A DNA stretch of 56,813 nucleotides from an uncultured virus (IMG/VR IMGVR_UViG_3300035498_001578) (lineage: Duplodnaviria; Heunggongvirae; Uroviricota; Caudoviricetes): IMG/VR virus record IMGVR_UViG_3300035498_001578; one strand, given 5' to 3'. Below are positions 1 to 10,068 of the stretch, in pieces. The position numbers and the translations under genes are program-made. Positions within the stretch are counted from its first letter, which is position 1. Each line of letters opens with the position of its first letter. Below the pieces are notes generated by a model that worked only from the letters and a program-made list of their open reading frames with translations, did no database searches and was not told the DNA's origin.

Positions 1-487
1 TGTAATCCATATTATAAGCCGTTTATTTGCCGTTTTAAGCCGTTGTAATGCTTGTTTTATGTATTTGTGTTACCGAAGTATAAAGTCCTCAAATAAGCCT
101 ATTTACACGCTTATAAACCGCATATATTGAAAAGCATATAATGTATCGTTATTTTATAGTATAAAGTTTTTATCATTACCAATTTTTTCCATATTTATTG
201 TTTGACTATTAAAACTATAAACATTATAAGAAAAATATATTATTGTTTTTATTTATCGATATTTAAAAATCTATATTATTTTTATTATAATATTCTATGG
301 GTGGTATTGAAGTGTCAAAAACTGCCTATACTTTTTGTGCAATATTACAAAACAGGTTCTTATTAAAGCCTCAAATAGTAATTTTGTATAAAAAGTAATA
401 TTAAATAAATTTATCTTTATTTAATTTGTATAACTTGTTACGGAAATGTTTCAAGTTGTTACGATTTTGTTGCGATTTCAAAATCTA

Positions 488-516
488 TTGTAACTTAATC
501 GGTTATGTGCTATAAT
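488..516 (+). promoter_or_regulatory. sigma-A-type promoter upstream of the structured leader and glucosaminidase gene
   Basis: TTGTAA-N17-TATAAT with TG extended -10. Confidence 0.6.
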
Positions 517-625
517 ATAGTTGTTGAAAAAGGAAAAGGCTTGAAGTGCCTTTAAATAAAAGGCTTCCAGCACTTTTAACAATAGCACAACAAGAAATAG
601 ATTGAGAATTTTTTAACAAACTCCA

Positions 626-841
626 TAATATGACTATATAAGGTATAGTTTACCCGTTATGATATAACATATTTGTTATGAATGTTATAACGATTGAGCA
701 ATGGGGTATAGGACCAGACCTATAACTATAATAGGTATGTGTTTTTCCTATGATAGCCCTTTGGCTATAACTTTTATTGCTTTTGAGCTATGGTAATTTT
801 TTATATCATTTGATATAACTTTTATCCCTTTAGTCATATTA
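626..841 (+). ncRNA. multi-hairpin structured 5' leader or ncRNA
   Basis: 11-bp closing stem TAATATGACTA (626-636)/TAGTCATATTA (831-841) enclosing several hairpins, several followed by TATAAC. Confidence 0.45.
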
Positions 842-896
842 CTATTATCGTAAAATGTTAAATACAACATAAGTGATATAATATGGAGGTTTCGTT

Positions 897-1394
897 ATGA
901 AAAATTTATTTACAAAAGTTGCAGTAAGTGTTATAATGTGTCTGTCGTTGATAATCAATGTACAAGCAAGAGAATTACCATTAACAAGAGGTATTAATAG
1001 TTATTCAAATGCTACTATTGAAGATATTCAAAAAATAACAGCAGGTACAAGGTTATCAGGATATGAACAGGTCATATTAGATACTGAGAAAGAGTATGAA
1101 GTAAATGCGTTCTTTATATTGGCAGTAGCACAGGCAGAAACAGGATTTGGTAATGCAGGTGTTGGTAGGTCAAGAAATAATTGTTTTGGTACAACTGATG
1201 GTCATGGTTACGCTTATTATGCTAACACAGGTGAAAGCGTTAAAGCATTTGGCTCTAATATCAGAAGAAATTATTTTGATAAAGGACTGTATACTTTACC
1301 TAAAATTGGTGCTAAGTATTGTACCAGTTATGGATGGGCTAAAACAGTTGAAAATAATATCAACTCTATCTATAATAAAATGATGAATAGTTAA
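897..1394 (+). CDS. secreted glucosaminidase (GH73-like) peptidoglycan hydrolase
   Basis: Signal-peptide-like N-terminus; AVAQAETGFG, NNCFG and KYCTSYGW motifs; GGAGG RBS. Confidence 0.8.
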   Translation: MKNLFTKVAVSVIMCLSLIINVQARELPLTRGINSYSNATIEDIQKITAGTRLSGYEQVILDTEKEYEVNAFFILAVAQAETGFGNAGVGRSRNNCFGTTDGHGYAYYANTGESVKAFGSNIRRNYFDKGLYTLPKIGAKYCTSYGWAKTVENNINSIYNKMMNS

Positions 1395-2361
1395 TTACAT
1401 ATTTCTAATCGTTTTTTAATTATTCATCAATTAACAAAAATAAATATTTTTAATATATAAAGGAAAATAGTTTTCTTTAAACCGTTAAATTTTTTCTTCT
1501 ATTATATTTTAAAAAAATAGCATAAATAAAAAATATAAAAGAAAGATATAGAAACTTAGTGGATATAGTTAAAGAAAAAATAATCAAAAAGAAAACTATA
1601 AAAATCCTATCCATTAAAAATATTATTTTGTAAATTATAGAAAAGTGGAGAGTTTGTTAAAGATTGCTTGGCACTCGGTTTATTTCTTTTTTAGAGTTTA
1701 TTATTATAATATTTTTAATGAAGTCGGGGTTGAGAAAATCTCGACTTTATTTTTATTCATCAATAATTATTTTTTAATAATTGTTTCTTTAAATGTTTTT
1801 TCTAAAATCTTTTTTAATATTTTTAAAAAAGTTCTTGACAAATACTAATTCTTGTGTTATCATAGGTTTATAAATTGAATAGTTGATATTCGATTTTCTT
1901 TGTTTCTATAATATACGGTTTATAGATTAAGAACAAATACTTTTTGTTGAAAAGAATTATTTATTTTCATAACTATTTATTTAAAAGAGCATATTCAAAC
2001 TCCAAAATAAAAAGTTTCTTCTTTGCATAATAATAAATTTACATTACAATAAATAATTTGTAATAGATAAGAAGTGTTTGTTCTGAAATATAAATCAAAA
2101 CCTAAAAGAAAAAATGCTATTTGTACCCTCGCAGGGTAGTAGTGTTTATACCCTATAAGGGTAGTGGTATATTTTAACAAGAAACAATACTTAATTAGTT
2201 ATTAGTTTTTGATGTGTGGTTGTTTGACAATGAACTAAAAAAACACACTAAATAAAAATAAAAAAAGCATATAATAAAGCCAAAATACACTTATATATTT
2301 TGTTGTCTTATGGCTACACATTAAAAATTGATTATATACAATAAAGAGGAAGTGAATAATA

Positions 2362-2517
2362 ATGAAAGATTATATAAATAATATTTTATATGGAAAATAT
2401 TTTGCAAATTTAAAAGAGATGAGCTTAATAGAAAGAATAAAAACTTATATATTATATAAGAAACATATAAAACTGCTTTATGATATAAATAAAGTAAGAA
2501 AGCGTTGTACTTTCTAA
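2362..2517 (+). CDS. small hypothetical protein (51 aa)
   Basis: AGAGGA RBS, ATG at 2362, open to TAA 2517; below ORF-track cutoff. Confidence 0.5.
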   Translation: MKDYINNILYGKYFANLKEMSLIERIKTYILYKKHIKLLYDINKVRKRCTF

Positions 2518-2545
2518 AAAGTTTCTAAATTCTTTTTAACAATGA

Positions 2546-2617
2546 TGAGCTATAGTATAACGGTTAGTACATTGGATTTTGATTCCAAGAATACCAGTTC
2601 GATTCTGGTTAGCTCCG
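2546..2617 (+). tRNA. tRNA-Gln(TTG), no encoded CCA
   Basis: Cloverleaf: GAGCTA/TAGCTC acceptor, TTGGA-TTTTGAT-TCCAA anticodon arm, CCAG-TTCGATT-CTGG T arm, G discriminator. Confidence 0.92.
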
Positions 2618-2809
2618 TTTTGTAATCTACATTTCAAAAGTTTACATTCCTCTACTAAAAGAGCTTAATTTAATAAGCTCTTTTTTATTTATAAAAACGC
2701 TATTATTAAAAAATTTTGCTAAAAAAACATTTATTAAAAGAACTATAATTTTTTTAAAAAAATTAAAAATAATACTTGACAAATAACACTTAGTATGCTA
2801 TAATAAGTT

Positions 2810-2949
2810 TGTGGTTGAGAGATACAGGTCTTAACCATAAGAGAATTTGTTTCTATTATTCCACATTGAGAAGCAAATTCCTCCTCGTTTATAAATTTTT
2901 TAAGGTTATTGATTGAAGAAAGAGAGCTTTTGCGTTAGCTCTCTTTTTT
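2810..2949 (+). ncRNA. candidate sRNA with anti-start-codon/anti-SD element
   Basis: Promoter 2776-2804, two hairpins, CAT in a loop followed by CCTCCTC, intrinsic terminator; no ORF. Confidence 0.5.
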
Positions 2950-3078
2950 CGTATATAAAAAAGTTTCTAAAAACATTTTCCAATATATTTCTAATTTTTC
3001 TTTTTAAATTATTGTTGACAAGTCTTAAAATTTGTGATATAATTCAATTATAATAAAAATTATAAAGGAGGAATTTAT

Positions 3079-4743
3079 ATGCTATCAAAAGCACAAAAAG
3101 ATAGATATATCAAACTGTATAATACAGATGGAAAAATATCTACAACAGTAATGAAAATTTTAAACGCAAATGTTAATTATAATTATGCAGGTTGGGAAGA
3201 AAAATTATTAAAAAAGGTTCTTCCTAATTTTGAGAAGTTAGACCAAATACATAATTATATAACAACAAAAATGCCTGAGTTTTATAAAGAATGTTGTTAT
3301 AATGAATCAAGCAGAATTGATGAAATAAAAAACATCATTAAGGAATCAGAAATCAATCCACTTAATAATAAGAATTGGAACAAACAAATCTTTTCTATAT
3401 TAAATGCGATGAACGAAGATATAACAGACGAAATATCTGCTTGTTTATATATTGCTGAAAATATGCCTGAGTTTTTTGGATTACATACAGAGTATATTAC
3501 AGAAGAAGATATTAATGATGCAAGAGTTATATTTGTAGAAAACCTTAGTGATGATTTTACTAAAAATGTTAAGAAGGAAAGTATTGAATATTGTATTAGT
3601 AAAATTATAGATTATCCCGTTGAATATGTTGGCGATTGGCTTAGAGAAAATATCAAAGACTTTTATTCAAGAGCTTTTCTTAGTCAGCTCAAAATGGCAA
3701 AGACTTTAAATATTTCATCAATAGAAAAAATAACTGATGAAAGTATTACAGAAGAAGTTCAAAAAGAAAATGATATTCTTAATGATACTTTTGAAGAAGA
3801 AGATGAACCTAAAGAACTTTCTATTGAAGAAATTATTCTTGATTCAGGTGTTGATTTTTCTAAGTCAGGTTGGGAAATAGAGTTATCAAGAATTATTGGT
3901 AATTTTACTCCTGAACAAGCAAAACAATATATGAAAGATAATATGCACGACTACTATTACGAGAACTGTTATGATGAAGAACTTATTCTTGAAAGACTTA
4001 AAGATAAGATACTAAATTCAAAAATTGATTTTAGTAAAAGAAATTGGTTTATTGAAGTATCAAGAATAATGGATAACTCACCATCAGAAGCATATCATTT
4101 TGTTAAAGATAATATGCAAGATTTGTTTAATAAGTGTTATTCAAATGAGAAGTACGGTGAAGATGGTGTTTTAACAGTTCCCAATTATGTTGTTATGGCT
4201 ATTAATACAGGTGTTGATTTTGTAAAAGATAATAATGTTGAAGAAAAATTATCACAGGCTTTTAATTGTTCTATAGAGCAAGCACAAAAATTTGTTGATA
4301 ATGTTCTTAGAAAGAGTTTTGATTTTGATGAAGTGGTAGAAGAACCTATTGTTGAAAAAACTACATCAATAGAAGTTAAACCTTTATCAGCAAAAGCAGA
4401 ACAAAGAAAAAATCTTATATTAAATTCTAAGATAGATTTTAATAAAAAAGGTTGGACTAAAAAAATCGCATTATTGCTTAATCTTTCACAAAACAGTGTT
4501 AGCAATTGGGTAAGAGTTGCTATGCCTGATTTCTATTATAATAGTTGTTTTAAGGATATACTTCCACAAAATAAAAGTTATGAAGTTCCAAGAAGAATTA
4601 AAGTTATTAAAGAATCAGGTATAAATTTTACAAAGCCTTGGGTTACAAAAGTTGCAAAATTGTTTAATGTTTCAGAAAACGAAGCGAGAAGCTTTATTAA
4701 AGAATATATGCCTGAATGTTACTCAACATTTAGAAAATATTAA
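3079..4743 (+). CDS. tandem HTH-like repeat protein (IDFSKxGW...MPEFY module, ~8 copies)
   Basis: Repeats visible in translation; own promoter and AAGGAGG RBS. Confidence 0.85.
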   Translation: MLSKAQKDRYIKLYNTDGKISTTVMKILNANVNYNYAGWEEKLLKKVLPNFEKLDQIHNYITTKMPEFYKECCYNESSRIDEIKNIIKESEINPLNNKNWNKQIFSILNAMNEDITDEISACLYIAENMPEFFGLHTEYITEEDINDARVIFVENLSDDFTKNVKKESIEYCISKIIDYPVEYVGDWLRENIKDFYSRAFLSQLKMAKTLNISSIEKITDESITEEVQKENDILNDTFEEEDEPKELSIEEIILDSGVDFSKSGWEIELSRIIGNFTPEQAKQYMKDNMHDYYYENCYDEELILERLKDKILNSKIDFSKRNWFIEVSRIMDNSPSEAYHFVKDNMQDLFNKCYSNEKYGEDGVLTVPNYVVMAINTGVDFVKDNNVEEKLSQAFNCSIEQAQKFVDNVLRKSFDFDEVVEEPIVEKTTSIEVKPLSAKAEQRKNLILNSKIDFNKKGWTKKIALLLNLSQNSVSNWVRVAMPDFYYNSCFKDILPQNKSYEVPRRIKVIKESGINFTKPWVTKVAKLFNVSENEARSFIKEYMPECYSTFRKY

Positions 4744-4849
4744 GTAAAGATTTTAAGTAAAAGATGTTAAGTAAAAAATATTAAATAAAAATATTTTTGA
4801 AAAATTTTAAAAAAGTACTTGACAAACATCAAAAAGTGTGATATAATTT

Positions 4850-5118
4850 ATTTACAGTCAAGGAACGGAAAAAGTTGACTGTAAAGTTTTCATAGTCTTA
4901 TTTTCTTTCATTTTTTTGTTCTTTCTTGCTTGATAGGCAGAAAGGTATATATGTAAGAGAGTTTCTTAACAAGTGGTGCACATACAATAACTCTCTTACA
5001 TATTCCTTAAAAATGATTAAGCCAGTTTTGATAGTCTGTTGACTATTTCATAATAAAACCTCTTTAAAAAGTGTGTGTTGTTTGAGGAAAGAGTAGATGT
5101 TTTATCTACTCTTTTTTC
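4850..5118 (+). ncRNA. candidate multi-hairpin sRNA with anti-RBS segments
   Basis: Promoter 4819-4847; three hairpins each followed by CAT...(T/C)CCT/CTTTC tracts; terminator 5087-5118. Confidence 0.45.
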
Positions 5119-5220
5119 TTTGTAAAGAAATACTCATAAGAAATAGATATTTTTATTAAACTATTGACAAATAATAAAAAATATAGTATAATTAAACAAA
5201 AACAAAGGAGGATTAGAGAA

Positions 5221-6288
5221 ATGTCTATAGAAAACAATCACCTAAAAGAGCTTTTTAAAGATGAGAAGTTGATAGAGTTATTTAATAAATATAATAATGA
5301 AAAAAGTTTTGAAAGCAGAATTGTTCAATTAATTAGATTAAAGAGCATTGATATAACAAAAGATTCTTGGTTGTCAAATTTAACAAATTTATTATACGAA
5401 AGAGAAATAATCAATCCGTTTACTTTAAAACCTTTTAATGAAGAAGAAATTTTTAATTTTATGAATGTTAAAATGTCTACTTTTGTTGAAGATTTTTGTA
5501 ATAAAAATTTTACTTATTATCGTTCAATATTAAAAGAGATAACTAACGTAACTGAAAAAGAAATAAAAATTGATGAAACTTCTTCTAATAAAAAGGTGGA
5601 AAATAATAATTTAGGAAACAACAAACCAAATGAAGTAATTAAAAAAAGAAAAATAAAAAATTTTAAGAATAAAAAACAAAATTCCAAAACAAAAATGATA
5701 TGTAATGTTATTAAAAATTCCAACATTGATTACTCTCTTGGCGGTTGGGAGAATAAATTAAAAAAAGAAATAAAAGATAAATTAAATATTGATTTATCCC
5801 CAACTAATATTTGGAATTATATTACTACTTATTTTCCTGAAAAATATTGTCGTAAGAAAAAAGAAGAAGAAACAAATTTAAAAGAAAAAATAGCTCTTAT
5901 AGAATTAAATACTGAACATATCTATGAATGTGGAGATTTAGAAATGTTAGATTTAACAGATGGAGTTACAAAAAGCGTTGTTGATTTATTATGTGTATGC
6001 GGTATTGATTTTTCAAAAAGAGGTTGGAGTCGTAAACTAACAACTATATTTGGCATTCCTGCATATAATAGTTGTTATAATGTTGTGAAAAACAATTTTC
6101 CTAATTTTGTAAAAAAATATTGTTACTCAACAAAAAATAAAAATATCATAAATGAATTTACTGACGATAAAAAAGATACAAGTATAAAAGAAAGACTTAA
6201 AAAAGAAAAATTTATTGATGAATACCTTTCCATCTACATAGAATGGATTCAAGAAGATTTAGTAGTTGATTATTCTAAAGAAGATTAA
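5221..6288 (+). CDS. HTH-like repeat family protein (~3 modules)
   Basis: IDYSLGGW and IDFSKRGW modules; start moved to ATG 5221 after AAGGAGG (track start overlaps the promoter -35). Confidence 0.8.
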   Translation: MSIENNHLKELFKDEKLIELFNKYNNEKSFESRIVQLIRLKSIDITKDSWLSNLTNLLYEREIINPFTLKPFNEEEIFNFMNVKMSTFVEDFCNKNFTYYRSILKEITNVTEKEIKIDETSSNKKVENNNLGNNKPNEVIKKRKIKNFKNKKQNSKTKMICNVIKNSNIDYSLGGWENKLKKEIKDKLNIDLSPTNIWNYITTYFPEKYCRKKKEEETNLKEKIALIELNTEHIYECGDLEMLDLTDGVTKSVVDLLCVCGIDFSKRGWSRKLTTIFGIPAYNSCYNVVKNNFPNFVKKYCYSTKNKNIINEFTDDKKDTSIKERLKKEKFIDEYLSIYIEWIQEDLVVDYSKED

Positions 6289-6464
6289 ATTAAATACTAA
6301 TAAATATAATTTTTTATTTAAAAGAGGATTTTTTATCCTCTTTTTTTATTTTTCATCAATTTCATCAATTTACCTATTGACAAAAAATAAATATTGTAGT
6401 ATAATATAGACAATGTAAAAATGTAATTGTGATAATAAGCTATATGTCGGAAGGGGGAATATAC

Positions 6465-8765
6465 TTGACGTATAATAAAAAAGATAATATAGCAACAACA
6501 GATTTGTCTAAGTATTATAAAAAGTATATTGGGCAGGGTGGAATTTTTAAAATTGTATTAAATAGTAAAATAGATTTCTCTAAAGCAGGTTGGGAAAAAC
6601 AACTTACTCAGATATTTATAAATACTAAAACAGGTTTTACTAATCCTACTGCTACTTATACTTGGGTAAAAAATAATATGCCTGATTTTTATAAGGAATG
6701 TTGTTATAATGAAAGTAGAGAAATATCAGAAATAAGAAGTGCTATTTATGACAAGCATATTTCTTTCTTTAATAAAGATTGGAATAAAAAAGTTTTTGAT
6801 ATTATTTCTAATATGGATAGAGAAATAAAGACACAAGCTGATTCTTGTTTTTGGATGAAAAAGAATATGCCTGAGTTTTTTGGTTATGAAACTATCTTTG
6901 CAGAGGGTAATGAAAAAAACATCAATGAAGCAAGGAAATGTATTGTAAATAATCTTAGTGATGATTTTGCTAAAAATAAAAATGCTAATAATATTGTTGG
7001 CGAAATAATTCAAATCCCTTTATCAGAAATAAATGATTGGTTGAAAAAGAATATACCAAATTTCTATTCAAGAGCTTTTGTTTCTAAGAAACCTCCTACA
7101 AAAGAGGAAATTGTTAGATATTCTGATATAGATTATTCTAAAGAGCATTGGGAATATGAATTGTTTGAATCATTAAATATGTCACCTGACGATACAAGAA
7201 AATGGGTAAAAGAAAATATGCCTGAATTCTATTACAATAATTGTTTTAATGAACATACTATTGCTAATAGAAAAATTGATTTAATTCTAAAAAGTAATGT
7301 AGATATTACTAAAAGAAATTGGCATATTGAATTATCAAGGCTTATTAATGATATTCCTAAAAACACATTCTATTTCGTAAGAGATTATATGCCTGATTTT
7401 TATAAGAAATGTTATTTTGACCCTAAACTTGGTAATAATGGTATGATAACTGTTCATAATTATGTTCAAATTCTTTTTGAAGCTAAAATTAATTTCTATG
7501 ATTATGGATGGGATAAACAAACAGCATATATTTTAAATACCACCGTAGAAAACGCAAGAGAGTTTATTAGAACCAAATTACCATTCTTTTATAATGTTGA
7601 ATACTTCTATGACAAAAAGCCTGTTGTAGAGCAATATAACGCAAATGACAGGGTGTTAGTAAGTAGTACGTATAAAGATTCAAATATGTATAAAGATACT
7701 ATATATGAAACTCCTATTTACAATGAAAGTTCTATTATAGAAGATACGGATGCACTTGGCATTCCTAATGAAAATTCTAACAGTATTTCTAATAACATTT
7801 CTAATAATAATATTTCTAATAATAGTATTCATGATGAAAATATTTCTAATAACTCTTCTAAAAAATCAAAGAAGATAAATGAAGTTATACAGGAAAGAAA
7901 TAGAAATGCTATTATCACTTTCAACGAACAGCCTTTTACTAATCGTAATAAGTCTGAATTTGAAAAAAGAAGAAATATTATTATGAATTGCGATATAGAC
8001 TTTTCTAAGTATGGTTGGAAATTTAAATTGGCAGAGCTTATGGATTCTAATCCAGCAGCAGTAACAAATTGGTTGGCTAATAATATGCCTAAGTTTTATA
8101 ATGAATATTGTAACATTTATAATTATCAATATCCAAATAAAAATAAAAGACTTCTTAATAAAAGAAAAAAGATTATTGAAAAGTCCAATATAGATTTCTC
8201 TAAAAAGGGTTGGAGTAACGACTTGGCTAAATTATTCAATCTAAATAATCCAACGACTGCTTATAATTGGGTAAAAAGAAATTTACCTGATTTCTTTAAA
8301 AACAACTGTTGGAAACTTGGACAGAAGAATAATGATGATGGTGTTGTTCAATCTACTTTAGAAGATGTATATAACGCACAAGAAGTAACTTTATCTCCTG
8401 TTGAAAAAAGAAAAGAAATAATTCTAAATGCTAATATAGATTATTCTAAGAAAGGTTGGGGAACTGAATTAGGTAAAATTTTAAATATTTCTGCATCAGC
8501 AGCTCTTATATGGGTAAAAAAAAATATGCCTGAGTTTTATGAAGAAAACTGTTTTAAACAGAGGTCATCCAATGAAATTACCAATAAAAGAAAAGAACTT
8601 ATAAGAACCTGTGATATTAATTTCGGTGATTATGGTTGGAGTATTCATTTAGGCAAACTTTTAAATTTATCTCCTATTAGTGCTTCTGCTTGGTTAAGAA
8701 GCAATATGCCTGATTTCTATGAATCTAAGTGTCGTAAAGGTACTAATTATAAAAAGTCTGTGTGA
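6465..8765 (+). CDS. tandem HTH-like repeat protein (~10 modules, Asn-rich linker)
   Basis: Ten modules in translation; N-terminal half collinear with 3079..4743; probable TTG start after AAGGGGG. Confidence 0.85.
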   Translation: MTYNKKDNIATTDLSKYYKKYIGQGGIFKIVLNSKIDFSKAGWEKQLTQIFINTKTGFTNPTATYTWVKNNMPDFYKECCYNESREISEIRSAIYDKHISFFNKDWNKKVFDIISNMDREIKTQADSCFWMKKNMPEFFGYETIFAEGNEKNINEARKCIVNNLSDDFAKNKNANNIVGEIIQIPLSEINDWLKKNIPNFYSRAFVSKKPPTKEEIVRYSDIDYSKEHWEYELFESLNMSPDDTRKWVKENMPEFYYNNCFNEHTIANRKIDLILKSNVDITKRNWHIELSRLINDIPKNTFYFVRDYMPDFYKKCYFDPKLGNNGMITVHNYVQILFEAKINFYDYGWDKQTAYILNTTVENAREFIRTKLPFFYNVEYFYDKKPVVEQYNANDRVLVSSTYKDSNMYKDTIYETPIYNESSIIEDTDALGIPNENSNSISNNISNNNISNNSIHDENISNNSSKKSKKINEVIQERNRNAIITFNEQPFTNRNKSEFEKRRNIIMNCDIDFSKYGWKFKLAELMDSNPAAVTNWLANNMPKFYNEYCNIYNYQYPNKNKRLLNKRKKIIEKSNIDFSKKGWSNDLAKLFNLNNPTTAYNWVKRNLPDFFKNNCWKLGQKNNDDGVVQSTLEDVYNAQEVTLSPVEKRKEIILNANIDYSKKGWGTELGKILNISASAALIWVKKNMPEFYEENCFKQRSSNEITNKRKELIRTCDINFGDYGWSIHLGKLLNLSPISASAWLRSNMPDFYESKCRKGTNYKKSV

Positions 8766-9033
8766 TTAACAACAAAAAAATTAATAATTAATATTTTTTA
8801 ATAATAGTAATTTTTACCATAATGGGTAAATTATAGTTATATAAAAAGAGGATAGAATTAAATCTACCCTCTTTTTTGTTAGAAATAATTTACAAATCAC
8901 CTTGACAAATAATGGAAAGTGTTATATAATTATGTTATACTTAAGAACAAAAACGATTTATACAGAATTAGTATAAAATAGTATTTTTTCCTAAGTATAC
9001 TACACATTTATAAAGGAGGTTAAAAGAACGCAA

Positions 9034-9831
9034 ATGTCGCTTTCACCAAGACAACTTAGAAGTAAGAGACTTATTATAACAAATGAAGCCATTGAAAATG
9101 GCTTAAATTTAAAAAAAGAAGGTTGGGATATTGAATTAGCTAAGTTATATGGTACATCACAAAGAATAGCATATAAATATGTTAAAAGGAATTACCCACT
9201 CATTTTTGAACACTGTTATAAATACGAAGAAGATGTTTTACAAGCAACAACTACAATTAAGCAACATAATCAACAAAATCAAGAAACAAACAAAGCAATA
9301 CCAAAGGTTGTTAGTAAGACTATTAGTAATACTAAAGCTAAAAATGTAACAAAGAAAGTAGCAACAAATAAAGCAACAAACAATGTAACACAATTAGCAA
9401 CAAATAGCAATACCAATAGTAACACAATTAGAAGTACATACACTAATGAAGAAAGAGCAACGATTATTTCTAAAATACTTGAAGTAACTGGTTATGCTGA
9501 TGACGATTGGAAGTTTAAAGCAGCGGAAGCTGTTAATATGAACGAAGAACAAATTTATGTATTCGTTCAACAGTATATGCCTTGGTTCTTTGGAGAAGAA
9601 GAACAGGTAGATACAAGAAATAAAAGATTAAAAAAATCTACTTCTAAGGAAGTATCAGAGGATATTTTTAATCAAATATTTGCAGAATCTATAACTGATT
9701 TTCATCAAAAAAATTGGCATTATAATTTCTGTAAAGAACTTAGTGAAAAAGTTAGTTGTACAGCAAATGAAGCTAAAGCTTGGGTAAGAGATAATAAACC
9801 TGAGTTTTATGAAACACATTGCTATAAATAA
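9034..9831 (+). CDS. HTH-like repeat family protein (~3 modules)
   Basis: LKKEGW...YPLIF and DFHQKNW...PEFY modules; promoter and RBS. Confidence 0.8.
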   Translation: MSLSPRQLRSKRLIITNEAIENGLNLKKEGWDIELAKLYGTSQRIAYKYVKRNYPLIFEHCYKYEEDVLQATTTIKQHNQQNQETNKAIPKVVSKTISNTKAKNVTKKVATNKATNNVTQLATNSNTNSNTIRSTYTNEERATIISKILEVTGYADDDWKFKAAEAVNMNEEQIYVFVQQYMPWFFGEEEQVDTRNKRLKKSTSKEVSEDIFNQIFAESITDFHQKNWHYNFCKELSEKVSCTANEAKAWVRDNKPEFYETHCYK

Positions 9832-10068
9832 TTTTTTTACAAGCAACTCTATAAAAAATCATTATTTAAAAAAGTCATTATTTAAAAAATATCAATAACG
9901 TGTTTGATAAAAAATCAATAAAATTATACAAGAGAGGTAGATATTACCTCTCTTTTTTTGTTTAAAAAAGTATTGACAAACAATAAAAAGTATGCTATAA
10001 TAGTAGTAAATCAGAAGTGGAAATTTGTTTGTAAAGAAAAGTTAAAAGTATAGTAAGGGGGAAAATAA

